A stretch of DNA of 64,000 nt from NCBI GenBank assembly GCA_905479875.1, contig CAJQOG010000066.1, positions 632 through 64,631 of the forward strand, read 5' to 3'. This document shows, piece by piece, positions 1-9,137 of the stretch; within the stretch, counting starts at the first letter, position 1, and the number at the start of each line of letters is the position of its first letter. The position numbers and the translations under genes were made by a program. The notes below the pieces were generated by a model. The model saw nothing but the letters and a program-made list of their open reading frames with translations. It did not search any database and was not told the DNA's origin. This DNA is from an uncultured Gammaproteobacteria bacterium (lineage in GTDB: Bacteria > Pseudomonadota > Gammaproteobacteria > Steroidobacterales > JABDMI01).

Positions 1-309
1 CAAATTATTTTATGGTGTGATGTTGGTGAGCCAGCCAATGATAGATTAAAGAAAGCCGTCGGTCGTTCAAAAGAAGTGAAGGTTTATAGTTTTAATTCAA
101 AGTCGGATGTGTGGTGGAGTAAAGGGCAATCAGATTTTAGTAAGTTAAATGTCTCGTTTTATAGGTTTCCGTGGGAAAATATTCAAGCCCTAGCTTTACT
201 AGTAGAACGTACTATGGATATATCAATTACAATCACTGATAATTCTGCATTAATAGTAAGTGATGCTGGTAGTTGTGAAGTGGCGTGTGAAATTTTGCAA
301 GCAGTATAA
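1..309 (+). CDS. yaeQ: YaeQ family protein, C-terminal part (5' end lies upstream of the window)
   Basis: Frame 1 is open from base 1 (QIILWCDVGEPANDRLKKAVGRSKEV...) and runs into the listed 76..309 ORF. VWWSKGQS...LLVERTMDISITITD resembles the conserved YaeQ C-terminus as I recall it from E. coli. Confidence 0.7.
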   Translation, partial: QIILWCDVGEPANDRLKKAVGRSKEVKVYSFNSKSDVWWSKGQSDFSKLNVSFYRFPWENIQALALLVERTMDISITITDNSALIVSDAGSCEVACEILQAV

Positions 310-323
310 ATAGGTAATTAATA

Positions 324-569
324 ATGGCTAAGAGTAAAAAATATTCGGCACGAATTTTAAAAAGTGAAGCAGGGTGGCAGGCTGCAGTAATTAGACGTAT
401 GACGTCCAAGAAAGAAATAGTGACTAAGAGTAAGGATGCTTTTGCAACTGAAGAAGAAGCCAAAAGCTGGGCAGACACAGAACTAAAGGCTTTTTTAGAA
501 AGGTTAAGCGAGCAAAGTAAAGAACGAGCTGAAAAGCGTATTAAAGATAAAGAGTATGATTTAATTTAA
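324..569 (+). CDS. small conserved hypothetical protein (DUF3622-like)
   Basis: 81-aa ORF 15 nt after yaeQ. Basic N-terminus plus the pattern GWQAAVIRRMTSKK...FATEEEAKSWADTELKAF recalls the DUF3622 small-protein family. The family assignment is from memory only. Confidence 0.5.
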   Translation: MAKSKKYSARILKSEAGWQAAVIRRMTSKKEIVTKSKDAFATEEEAKSWADTELKAFLERLSEQSKERAEKRIKDKEYDLI

Positions 570-579
570 AGCTTTAATC

Positions 580-1131
580 ATGAACAAAAAGCCTTTTAAT
601 ATTAAACCACATTTGGCAAGTGAAAACCTAACGCTTAGACCTTTATTAGAAGAAGACTTCAATGGTTTATATGCAGTGGTTGCCGATAAGAAAATGTGGG
701 CCGGACATCCTGATAAAAACCGTTATCAAATGCCGATTTTTGCTGAGTGGTTTGCAAATGCAATTGCTTCAAAAACTGCATTGGTGGTTATTGATAAAGC
801 CACTAAATTAATCATCGGTACCTCACGATTTTACTATTATGATAAAGAAAAAAGCGAAGTTGCTATTGGATACACCTTTATAGCGAGAGAGTATTGGGGA
901 GGAAAAACTAACAAAGAATTAAAATACCTAATGCTTGACTACGCATTTAAACACGTTGAAATTGTATACCTGCACGTGGCTGTTGATAATATTCGTTCGC
1001 AAAAAGCAGTACTTAAAATTGGCGGTGTATTTTCTCACGATGGCTACCCACATCCTGATCCAAAGGCCTTTAGAAAAATTTATAAATTTACTAAAACTGA
1101 TTTTACTAAATTAATTTTCGATAGCCTTTAG
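580..1131 (+). CDS. GNAT family N-acetyltransferase
   Basis: 183 aa. LRPLLEEDF... and the acetyl-CoA binding region LHVAVDNIRSQKAVLKIGG are typical of RimJ/RimL-like GNAT proteins. Confidence 0.75.
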   Translation: MNKKPFNIKPHLASENLTLRPLLEEDFNGLYAVVADKKMWAGHPDKNRYQMPIFAEWFANAIASKTALVVIDKATKLIIGTSRFYYYDKEKSEVAIGYTFIAREYWGGKTNKELKYLMLDYAFKHVEIVYLHVAVDNIRSQKAVLKIGGVFSHDGYPHPDPKAFRKIYKFTKTDFTKLIFDSL

Positions 1132-2115
1132 TAACTCCTCTCCGCTCAGGGCAGGTGATTTACCCTCAGAGAAGGCTTGGTAGACCAATGAGACTATGTA
1201 AGAGCTAATTGGTGCTTCTAGTTTATTCTTCTTTGCTAAATCAATCACGGCACCGTTAATATAATCAATTTCTGTACTGCGTCCACCTTGTAAATCTTCC
1301 CACATAGATGAGCGAGCTTGTGGGTCGATTTTTAACATTCCTTTGGCAATAGTCTGGAAAGCAAAGTTTGGTAGGCGAAGAATTTTTGAGATAAGTTTAG
1401 GTGGTACTTTTCCAACTTTAATAATATCTATACCAGAGTTTTCAATTATTGCTCTCGCTTCATCAATACACTTAGCTAAGACCTTACGGTAACTTCTATC
1501 GCTGAGTTGCTCTTTAAGTGGTTTATCTGATAGAACATTTAAGGCGTTGTTTAAGTTTAGTAATATTTTCCCCCACAAAACTCCTTGGATATTGTCGGTG
1601 AGCTTTGTAGGCAATCCTGCTGTAATACATTTTTCTTTTAATAAGCCTGTTTCATATGTTCTTTCAAATATTAATTCGCCTTCAGTTCCACAGTGAAAGT
1701 GTCCGTTACCGAGATTAACTACATTATATGGAACCATGCCGCCAGCCGTTTTCCAATCAGATAGTATTTCTTTGATTTTTTTAGGATTGCTCACCCCATT
1801 TTGCAAGCTAACAACAATAGCATCTGGATTAAGGTGTGCTTTGATTTGCTGTAATGATTTTTCGGTGTCTTGACTTTTAACGGTTAGTAAAACTAACTCA
1901 GCATCATTTAAACAAGATAATTCATTGGAGTAACTGATGTTGCCAGGACTTAAATAGACTTCAGTAAATTCATAATGAGTCAATTTTAGTCCGTGTTCAT
2001 CTATGACTTTCTTTAGTCTGTCACGGCCATATAAAATGACCTCATGATCTATTGCAGCAAGTTTTCCACCCACATAACATCCGATTGATCCTGCACCAAA
2101 AATTACTATTTTCAT
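1111..2115 (-). CDS. 2-dehydropantoate 2-reductase family oxidoreductase (PanE/ApbA family)
   Basis: 334 aa with an N-terminal Rossmann motif MKIVIFGAGSIGCYVGGKLA. Length and C-terminal domain are typical of ketopantoate reductase family. The 3' end overlaps the convergent GNAT gene by 21 nt. Confidence 0.8.
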   Translation of the reverse strand: MKIVIFGAGSIGCYVGGKLAAIDHEVILYGRDRLKKVIDEHGLKLTHYEFTEVYLSPGNISYSNELSCLNDAELVLLTVKSQDTEKSLQQIKAHLNPDAIVVSLQNGVSNPKKIKEILSDWKTAGGMVPYNVVNLGNGHFHCGTEGELIFERTYETGLLKEKCITAGLPTKLTDNIQGVLWGKILLNLNNALNVLSDKPLKEQLSDRSYRKVLAKCIDEARAIIENSGIDIIKVGKVPPKLISKILRLPNFAFQTIAKGMLKIDPQARSSMWEDLQGGRSTEIDYINGAVIDLAKKNKLEAPISSYIVSLVYQAFSEGKSPALSGEELLKAIEN

Positions 2116-2119
2116 ATTT

Positions 2120-3526
2120 TTATAATAACACTCGTGGATTCATAATATTCTTAGGGTCTAGAGCTTTTTTAATACTTTTCATGGCAGCAAGTTTAACGGG
2201 GTCACAGCGCTGAGCAAGTTCTTTTTTCTTAAGTATTCCTATGCCATGTTCAGCGGAGATGGACCCACCTAATTGCACAACAATATCATGCACTATGTGA
2301 TTCATCGCTTCCCAATGCGCAAGGTATTCTTCCTTATCCATGTTAACTGGCTGTGAAATATTGAAATGAATATTGCCATCACCTAAATGGCCAAAGGGAA
2401 TAGGGCGACAATTTGGTACAAGTGCTCTTACTGCAAAAGTGGCTTTATCTAAAAATTCTGGTATTGTTTTTATTGGAACCGAGATGTCATGCTTTATTGA
2501 GCCGCCTTCAGGTTTTTGTGCCTCTGAAATACTCTCGCGTAATTTAATAAGAGCTTTACTTTGTTGTAGAGATTGGGCAATAACAGCGTCTTGAATAATA
2601 TTTTTATTTAATAGTGTTTCTACAAGAGCTTCCACTTGCTTTAGCAAAGAACTATTTAAAACACTTTCGAACTGTAACAGTACATACCAAGCGTGTTTTT
2701 GAGTAAAAGGTGATGAACAATTAGGAATATTACTAGTAACAAAATCTAATGCTTGACTAGGTATTAATTCGATTAATGATAAATCATCGTCAAGTTGATT
2801 TTTACATATGTTTAAAATATTTAAGGAATTCTCTACATTATCCAAGGCTAGAAACAATGTTTCTTGTTGCTTAGGCTTGTTGAAAAGTTTCAACTTAACA
2901 GCGGTAATAATACCCAATGTTCCTTCGGCACCTAAAAAGAGTGGTGTTATGTTATATCCTGTATTGTCTTTTTTTGGTAAATTTAATGAATCGAAAACTC
3001 TACCATCAGCCAGCACGACTTCTAAGCCAATAACTAAGTCTCGCATGCTTCCATAACGGACTACATTTACACCTCCAGCATTAGTTGAACAAAGACCGCC
3101 AATGTTTGCTGAGCCTTGTGAGGCTAAAGAAAGAGGAAAATGTTTATGTTCTTTGTCTGCCAATTCATGTATCTTTTGTAATATGCATCCTGCTTCTACA
3201 GTAATGGAATAATCAGTTTGTTCACGCACCGATTTAAGATATTTGGTAGAGACTAAAATTTCGCCAAGTGGTATTTGACCGCCTACTAAGCCGGTATTAC
3301 CACCTTGAAGAGTAACGGGTATTTGATGCTTTGTACAAATTTGAAGGGCTTGCGAAACTTGCTCAGTAGTACGCGGAGTAAGTAATAGTGGTGTGTGACC
3401 TTGCCATCGATCACGCCATTCCTTAAGGTGCGGTTCAATTTCTGCAAGGCTCTCAGTCCAGGCGTTTTCAGAGAGTGAATGTTTTAATTCATCAATTGCA
3501 GTTTTGAGACTAGTATCATTACTCAT
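2120..3526 (-). CDS. FAD-binding oxidase (GlcD / D-2-hydroxyacid dehydrogenase-like)
   Basis: 468 aa with an FAD_binding_4-type N-terminal half (QGGNTGLVGG, GGLCSTNAGG) and C-terminal AEHGIG...LDPKNIMNP, typical of FAD-linked oxidases. Confidence 0.8.
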   Translation of the reverse strand: MSNDTSLKTAIDELKHSLSENAWTESLAEIEPHLKEWRDRWQGHTPLLLTPRTTEQVSQALQICTKHQIPVTLQGGNTGLVGGQIPLGEILVSTKYLKSVREQTDYSITVEAGCILQKIHELADKEHKHFPLSLASQGSANIGGLCSTNAGGVNVVRYGSMRDLVIGLEVVLADGRVFDSLNLPKKDNTGYNITPLFLGAEGTLGIITAVKLKLFNKPKQQETLFLALDNVENSLNILNICKNQLDDDLSLIELIPSQALDFVTSNIPNCSSPFTQKHAWYVLLQFESVLNSSLLKQVEALVETLLNKNIIQDAVIAQSLQQSKALIKLRESISEAQKPEGGSIKHDISVPIKTIPEFLDKATFAVRALVPNCRPIPFGHLGDGNIHFNISQPVNMDKEEYLAHWEAMNHIVHDIVVQLGGSISAEHGIGILKKKELAQRCDPVKLAAMKSIKKALDPKNIMNPRVLL

Positions 3527-3598
3527 AGAATTTTGCTTGAAATTACTCGCATACGAGCGTAATCTAAAAATTGATTATAAAACAATAAGGGGATAACA

Positions 3599-4033
3599 AT
3601 GTCGGATACTAATAAATTACCCGCTTGGTTTTGGGTTGTGGCTGTAGGTGCTTTGCTGTGGAACTTATTAGGCTTAGGTGCTTTTTTATCAACTGCGGTA
3701 TTTATGTCGCCAGAAACCTTAGCAACGATGACAACAGCTCAACAAGAATTATATGTAAATACTCCAAGTTGGGTTAATGTGGCATTTGGGGTAGCTGTTA
3801 TATGTGGTGTTTTAGGAAGTGTCGGTTTGTTAATAAAACAGGATTGGGCAGCGCCCGTTTTTGCAATTTCTTTTTTAGGTCTACTCGTGCAAATGTTTTA
3901 TGTGTTCGGTATGAGTAATTCTTTGGAAGTATACGGAGCACAAGCTGCAGCAATGCCTGGAGCAATTTTTGTTGGTTGTATTTTCTTAATTTGGTTTGCT
4001 CATTCATCAGCAATTAAAGGCTGGTTAGATTAA
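3599..4033 (+). CDS. hypothetical integral membrane protein (4 predicted TM helices)
   Basis: 144 aa, preceded by an AAGGGGA Shine-Dalgarno. Four hydrophobic segments; no family recognised. Confidence 0.6.
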   Translation: MSDTNKLPAWFWVVAVGALLWNLLGLGAFLSTAVFMSPETLATMTTAQQELYVNTPSWVNVAFGVAVICGVLGSVGLLIKQDWAAPVFAISFLGLLVQMFYVFGMSNSLEVYGAQAAAMPGAIFVGCIFLIWFAHSSAIKGWLD

Positions 4034-5058
4034 CAAGTAACTATATGATTTTTTATATCCATAGCAAATCTATCTTGTTCTACGATAAAAGCATCATGGC
4101 CATAAATTGTATCGAAAATCTTGAAAGTGGTTTTTCCAGAAATTTTACTCGCAAGGTTTTCGATTTCTTTGGGCTTTACAATATCATCGGTATCAAAACC
4201 GATAAGCAGTGTGTCGCACTTAATATCTTTAGCCCTGACAGAATGTAAATCACATGACTCAGACAGTAAAAAGAAACGCTCTGGAGAAAAGGTTTTTGCT
4301 AAAGCCTCACCGCGGTTGTAAATATAATCAGTCACTGGAAAAGTCCATTGATTATTTTTAAATTCGGCGGTGTTATTAAAACGTTGCTCAAATTCAAGGT
4401 GAGAGCGATACACAATCATACCTAAACTCCGCGCTAAGCTTACTGCATCATCTTTTTTATCCTCGGCTGCTAGATCGATCATAGAGCGTTGAATAGACCT
4501 AAATGCAGTAGTACGAGCATTTGCTTGATCTGATGCACATAGAATTACCAGTTTATCTAATAAATCTGGGTACGCAGCAGCAAAACTCATAGCTATCATG
4601 CCACCATAAGACGAACCGATAAAAGCGTTTAGCCTTTTAACCGATAGTTTTGTTAATAAATACTTAACAATATTTGCTTGATCTAAAGTTGTTATTGCTT
4701 GGTTATTAGCAAAGAGTTTAGTGGCTAGATTCTGATTAGGGATGTAGTCAATACCAATAACGCATTGCGTAGAAATATCTATAGCTTTCTGATATCCAAC
4801 ACTTTTGTCCCACCAGCCTTTGATGATGTCCTGATTTTTACATTGGGTGTGTGCAATATAACGACCAGCAGATATGCCGCCCATAACAATATTTACCGGA
4901 TTAGTTAATGCTCCGTAAACACTGTATTGAATTTTTTCACCATCGAATATATGTAATATATCTGAAGCAGAAGATGCTTCTATAGTGCATTCTCCAAGAA
5001 AAAATTCTTGCTGGTTTTGTTGTTTCAATGCATTCATAAAAGTTTCTATAATAATCAC
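4030..5058 (-). CDS. metX: homoserine O-acyltransferase, MetX family (alpha/beta hydrolase)
   Basis: Nucleophile elbow GSSYGGMIAMSFA, GWWD motif and C-terminal GHDAF match the MetX family. Phased MetJ boxes lie immediately upstream. The listed start 5058 is GTG; ATG at 5037 (MNALKQQ...) is an alternative. Confidence 0.75.
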   Translation of the reverse strand: MIIIETFMNALKQQNQQEFFLGECTIEASSASDILHIFDGEKIQYSVYGALTNPVNIVMGGISAGRYIAHTQCKNQDIIKGWWDKSVGYQKAIDISTQCVIGIDYIPNQNLATKLFANNQAITTLDQANIVKYLLTKLSVKRLNAFIGSSYGGMIAMSFAAAYPDLLDKLVILCASDQANARTTAFRSIQRSMIDLAAEDKKDDAVSLARSLGMIVYRSHLEFEQRFNNTAEFKNNQWTFPVTDYIYNRGEALAKTFSPERFFLLSESCDLHSVRAKDIKCDTLLIGFDTDDIVKPKEIENLASKISGKTTFKIFDTIYGHDAFIVEQDRFAMDIKNHIVTC

Positions 5059-5067
5059 ATAATAAAA

Positions 5068-5091
5068 AGACGTCTAGAAGTATAGACGTCT
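5068..5091 (-). promoter_or_regulatory. MetJ operator: three phased 8-bp met boxes
   Basis: AGACGTCT AGAAGTAT AGACGTCT. Boxes 1 and 3 are perfect matches to the met-box consensus AGACGTCT, in exact 8-bp phase, directly upstream of the metX-like gene. Confidence 0.7.
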
Positions 5092-5227
5092 AAATGAAAT
5101 TATAGATTTTTGAAATTTTAAGTCAATGTTTGTACGTAGCTACTTAGCCGAGATGAACTTAGTTACATATTAAATGTTAATATTTTCATATAAAACATAG
5201 AGATACAAATGGGTTGTTAAATATTAT

Positions 5228-5263
5228 AGCCAGTAAGAATGCATTTAAAAATCTTTACTGGCT
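5228..5263 (-). terminator. hairpin after the FadL-family gene
   Basis: 9-bp stem AGCCAGTAA/TTACTGGCT with an 18-nt loop, about 30 nt past the stop of 5294..6703, followed by AT-rich sequence on the minus strand. Not a strong T-run. Confidence 0.4.
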
Positions 5264-5293
5264 TGAAAAGTTGACTTGTTGCGCTTGCTAGAC

Positions 5294-6703
5294 TTAAAGC
5301 TTCCAGCTGTAACTTAGTTCTAATTCTAATTGATCCATTTCAAGTTCGATAGTTTGAGTTGGGTCAAAGCTATTTATTCCATTAACAGAATTTTCTAACG
5401 CATACATAAGTGCAAGATTTAGTTCATTGCCATTGGCTAAGTTACGTGTAAACCCAAATGTTGCATGATCTTCAATTACTGCTGGTGCAAGGATATTAAA
5501 TAAAACTTGTGACTCTGGTATTGGCTGTTCACCATGACTATAGCCTGCTCGCACTGTCCATTTGTCGTTTAGATCCCACGAAGTGGAAATTTTATAAACA
5601 GTCATATCCTTCCAGCCAAACCCAGCACCTTGTGGCCCGCCAAGACAAGTTGCTGTAGAAGTAGTACTGAATCCATTGGCACTTGGGCAAGCAAATAAAC
5701 TCGCAATGCTATTACCTACTGATGATACTTCAGAAAACTGTGTATGCTCGATATCAAAACTATATGTTATTGCATCAGTGGCATTAAAACTAAGACCTAT
5801 CTTGGTGTTGGCAGGAATGTCAAAGTCGCCACTCTCGGCAAATAGGTCTGAGTATTCATCGAACTCAGTCATGCTTATTTTGGTTTGATACATTGCGGCG
5901 ATGTCGAGTCGTGGGCTTAAGTTGTAATGCACTCCAATTTTTGCACCTAAACCAAAGGAGGTTTCTACGCCATTATTTGTAAGGTTTTGTACAACGGTAG
6001 GATTAGCCTGTCCTGTTGCAAAAATATTATTATTAAATACTTGAGTAAACCCACCAAACGCCGCTAAACCTTCGGCTTTAAAAGCTTGGATGCCAAGTAC
6101 GCCACTTATACCTAAACTTAGTTTTTCATTTACATGTTTGGCAAAAGAGACATCCAAAAATGCTTGGGATAGATCAACACCTGTTGTTCCAAACCCAAAA
6201 GTACCTGGTAAAGTTGAAACAGGAGTAGGGCCTTGTGGACCATCAGGATCAAAGCTTGCTGTTCCACCTTCCCAGCGAGTATTCATTCCGCCTCGACCGT
6301 AAAATGCCAACCCCCAAGCGGTGTTGTCATCTAATTGTCTGGTAAGTGCTACATGAGGAATTACAAAAAATTCTCTAGCGCTCTCAAGTGAATTGGGACC
6401 AACAGTAAAAGCTCCGCCATTGCCTTGTGCCTGGCTAGCACTAGTGCTGTAGTTACGACGTGGATTAAATACGCTTGCCCCAGCATCAATACGATTTCCT
6501 AACAATAAGACTGAAGCGGGATTGTTAGTAATTGCCATGGCTTCATCCGGATTTGCAATTCCAGCACCGGCTTGGCCTTTATTCTTTGTGCCGTTACCAT
6601 GTGTAAAATAACCATTCGTAGCAAATATATTTGAGCTATTTAAAAAAGCGCTAGTCAATAAACTAATCGCAATGACTTTTGAAAACTTGAGGGTGTTTTG
6701 CAT
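5294..6703 (-). CDS. outer-membrane transport protein, OMPP1/FadL/TodX family
   Basis: 469 aa with a signal peptide (MQNTLKFSKVIAISLLTSAFL...ATNGYF). NGYFTHG start of the mature protein, Gly/aromatic-rich beta-strand pattern and size are typical of FadL/TodX porins. Confidence 0.8.
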   Translation of the reverse strand: MQNTLKFSKVIAISLLTSAFLNSSNIFATNGYFTHGNGTKNKGQAGAGIANPDEAMAITNNPASVLLLGNRIDAGASVFNPRRNYSTSASQAQGNGGAFTVGPNSLESAREFFVIPHVALTRQLDDNTAWGLAFYGRGGMNTRWEGGTASFDPDGPQGPTPVSTLPGTFGFGTTGVDLSQAFLDVSFAKHVNEKLSLGISGVLGIQAFKAEGLAAFGGFTQVFNNNIFATGQANPTVVQNLTNNGVETSFGLGAKIGVHYNLSPRLDIAAMYQTKISMTEFDEYSDLFAESGDFDIPANTKIGLSFNATDAITYSFDIEHTQFSEVSSVGNSIASLFACPSANGFSTTSTATCLGGPQGAGFGWKDMTVYKISTSWDLNDKWTVRAGYSHGEQPIPESQVLFNILAPAVIEDHATFGFTRNLANGNELNLALMYALENSVNGINSFDPTQTIELEMDQLELELSYSWKL

Positions 6704-6723
6704 ATTTAATTCCTATAACTAAT

Positions 6724-6759
6724 AAAACGCCCAAGCACTTAGTGATCAGGCGTATTTTT
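6724..6759 (-). terminator. intrinsic terminator-like hairpin after the ArsR-family gene
   Basis: Stem ACGCC/GGCGT (6727-6731 / 6749-6753) with inner CAC-tta-GTG, flanked by an A-run and a T-run (bidirectional shape). Both neighbours are on the minus strand. Confidence 0.45.
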
Positions 6760-6833
6760 AATTATAAGAATTATAGTTTTTTAAACCATTAACTTTTTCT
6801 TATGGCGACAAAAGCATTAGTTATATCAACTGT

Positions 6834-7166
6834 CTAAATAGTTTGAGATTCGTTAGGCTGACAAAACATTTGGTGCAATAAATCAATCAACTTGGATGCA
6901 TTTTGACTGTCCAACGAGTAAAAAATTGACTGTGATTGTCTTCGCGTTTTTACTAATCCCTCTCTACGCATACGAGCAAGGTGTTGCGAAAGAGGCGATT
7001 GTGGAAGATTAAGCACTTCACCTAACTCACCAACAGACTTTTCTCCGTCTTTAAGTTCGCATAAAATTAACAGTCGATCTTTATGAGATAGAGTTTTAAG
7101 TAGCATGCTGGCATTGCTTGCTCCGTCAACTAATTTTTCACGTGAAAATTCCAGTAGTGCAGACAT
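6834..7166 (-). CDS. ArsR/SmtB family transcriptional regulator
   Basis: Winged-HTH core LKTLSHKDRLLILCEL...SVGELGEVLNLPQSPLSQHLARMRREGLV. The listed start 7211 is TTG. ATG at 7166 (MSALLEF...) gives the usual length of about 110 aa. Confidence 0.75.
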   Translation of the reverse strand: MSALLEFSREKLVDGASNASMLLKTLSHKDRLLILCELKDGEKSVGELGEVLNLPQSPLSQHLARMRREGLVKTRRQSQSIFYSLDSQNASKLIDLLHQMFCQPNESQTI

Positions 7167-7412
7167 AACGGATCCATTATTTAAGTTGTTATTTATACAT
7201 ATACGACTCAAATTGTGTTGTAGAGCATCAATTTGGGGAAAATATTTAAATGATTAAAAGCTTTTCGGTGTCATCTAGGTGATTGATTTATATGTGTAAA
7301 TTTATATGATGGTCACGCAAATTGCAAAATACAATATATAATAAAATATTAATGTGTCTTTGTGGTGCAATGATTGACTCAATACCCTAATGTTTAAGGA
7401 CGAAATTATTTT

Positions 7413-8300
7413 ATGCCAAGAATAAAGCTACAAAATGTTGAGATTGCTTATGAAGTTCAAGGTGAGTTAGACAAGCCTTGCATTCTTTTGGTGCACGGAT
7501 TAAGTATGTCATTAGTTGCATGGCCGCCTCCTTTTTTACGTGCTTTGCGCAATGCCGGTTTTACTCTAATTTTGTTTGATAACCGTGATATGGGCTTATC
7601 GCATAGTTTTGCTGATTACGATACGCCAAATCTTGCGATCCAAATGTTAAAAAGCAAGATTGGTATAGGCGTAAATACTGTTTATAAACTTGAAGATATG
7701 ATGGTAGATGCAATTAATCTTCTAGATTATTTAAACATTGATAAGGCACATGTTCTAGGCGTCTCTATGGGAGGAATGATTTCACAATTAATCGCTATTA
7801 ATTACCCTGAACGAGTTAAGAGTTTAGTATCTATTATGTCCACAACTGGAGGACCAGGCTTACCTGGTGCTAATAAGGAAATTGTCCGGCACGTTATGTC
7901 TAAGCCAAAGTCAAAAAGTTTTGAAGATATTCTTGAGTTTACTTTAAAAACCTTTGCTCTTATCGAGGGGCCTGATCACCCAATGGATCCAGAGTTGCGT
8001 GAAATTTTTATTCGGGCATTGATTGAACGGGGAATGAAGAGAGATGGTACCAAACGTCAGATGTTAGCAATTCTTGCTTCTAATAAACGATATAAGCGTT
8101 TACCTGAGATAACAGCGCCAACATTAGTAATTCATGGTGATAAAGACCCTTTAGTGCCATTAGCTTGTGGTGAAGCAACTGCTGATGCTATTCCAGATGC
8201 TCGTTTAGAAATTATCGAGGGGATGGGACATTCTTTTCCACATGAGTTTATTTCACTAATAACCGATTTAATTATTGAGCATTGCAAAGCAAGTCAGTAA
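7413..8300 (+). CDS. alpha/beta hydrolase
   Basis: 295 aa with HGLSMS oxyanion region, nucleophile elbow GVSMGGMISQ, HGDKDPLVP and GMGHSFPHE (Ser-Asp-His triad pattern). Confidence 0.8.
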   Translation: MPRIKLQNVEIAYEVQGELDKPCILLVHGLSMSLVAWPPPFLRALRNAGFTLILFDNRDMGLSHSFADYDTPNLAIQMLKSKIGIGVNTVYKLEDMMVDAINLLDYLNIDKAHVLGVSMGGMISQLIAINYPERVKSLVSIMSTTGGPGLPGANKEIVRHVMSKPKSKSFEDILEFTLKTFALIEGPDHPMDPELREIFIRALIERGMKRDGTKRQMLAILASNKRYKRLPEITAPTLVIHGDKDPLVPLACGEATADAIPDARLEIIEGMGHSFPHEFISLITDLIIEHCKASQ

Positions 8301-8355
8301 TTTTGCTTTGAAGGATTAAATTCAATAAAAACAAATACTTAATTTATGTCGAAGC

Positions 8356-8381
8356 AAAAAAAAACACAGCCGAGGCTATGT
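8356..8381 (-). terminator. strong rho-independent terminator (minus strand) about 180 nt past the MaoC stop
   Basis: Read on the minus strand: ACATAGCC-TC-GGCTGTGT followed by T9 (A9 at 8356-8364 on the plus strand). Confidence 0.6.
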
Positions 8382-8558
8382 CTTTATAAGTTTGTTCGCT
8401 TTATATTATTGTTATTATAGATATTAAAATTTTAATATCTGCAGGCATTATAGGTCCAGTACTTGCCAGTACCTGTCGTGTAGCTGACACCTTGGAGTTC
8501 AAATAGGATTTTCATATTCTTCTAGTTGAGGAAAAAATGTGTCAACTGAGAAAATTTT

Positions 8559-9017
8559 TTACTTAACCATTTGCATGCTTAGCCAGTCAGCTTTAAGTGC
8601 TGGTTTGTCTTCACCTTCTATTTCTACCGTAACTTCAGTTTTAAATGCAAAAGTACCTGGTTTTTTCTCAAGCAATTCTGTAGTAACAGCATGAGCACGA
8701 ATACGCTTACCTGATTTAACCGGACTGATAAAACGAACTTTATCAAACCCGTAATTCACACCCATGTAGCAGCCATCGATTATTAGTCCAAAGTCTTCTG
8801 CAAAATAGGAAAGCATTGAGAGGCTTAAAAAGCCATGAGCAATGGTGCCACCAAAAGGAGTTTGCTTTGCTTTTTCTACATCGATATGAATAAACTGTTC
8901 GTCTTTAGTGCAAGTCGCAAACTCATTAATTTGTTCTTGTGTTACTTCAAACCAAGGAGTTGGTTCTGATTGATAGCCTTGATAGTTAGAAATTTCATCG
9001 CGATTGATTTTTTTCAT
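8559..9017 (-). CDS. MaoC-like (R)-specific enoyl-CoA hydratase / dehydratase (hot-dog fold)
   Basis: 152 aa. FAxxTxDxQFIHxD-type motif (FATCTKDEQFIHIDVEKAKQTPFGGTIAHG) is diagnostic of the MaoC dehydratase family. Confidence 0.85.
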   Translation of the reverse strand: MKKINRDEISNYQGYQSEPTPWFEVTQEQINEFATCTKDEQFIHIDVEKAKQTPFGGTIAHGFLSLSMLSYFAEDFGLIIDGCYMGVNYGFDKVRFISPVKSGKRIRAHAVTTELLEKKPGTFAFKTEVTVEIEGEDKPALKADWLSMQMVK

Positions 9018-9137
9018 GTCTTGAGCCTTATAATTAATATAACAGCAACTTTAGCATAATTTGTTAAGAATAATTGTCGCGTGAAATACAAGATGTTTTA
9101 TACTCGATTACTAAATTAACCCAGTATTTATACAAAT

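Noticed and set aside
5059-5293. Possible SAM riboswitch or leader upstream of the metX-like gene
   Set aside because: No SAM-I/II-like conserved helices are recognisable. The phased MetJ boxes explain the regulation instead.
8346-8420. Plus-strand 24-codon ORF MSKQKKTQPRLCLYKFVRFILLLL in the hydrolase/MaoC gap
   Set aside because: There is no Shine-Dalgarno sequence, and it runs straight through the minus-strand terminator stem, so it is most likely fortuitous.
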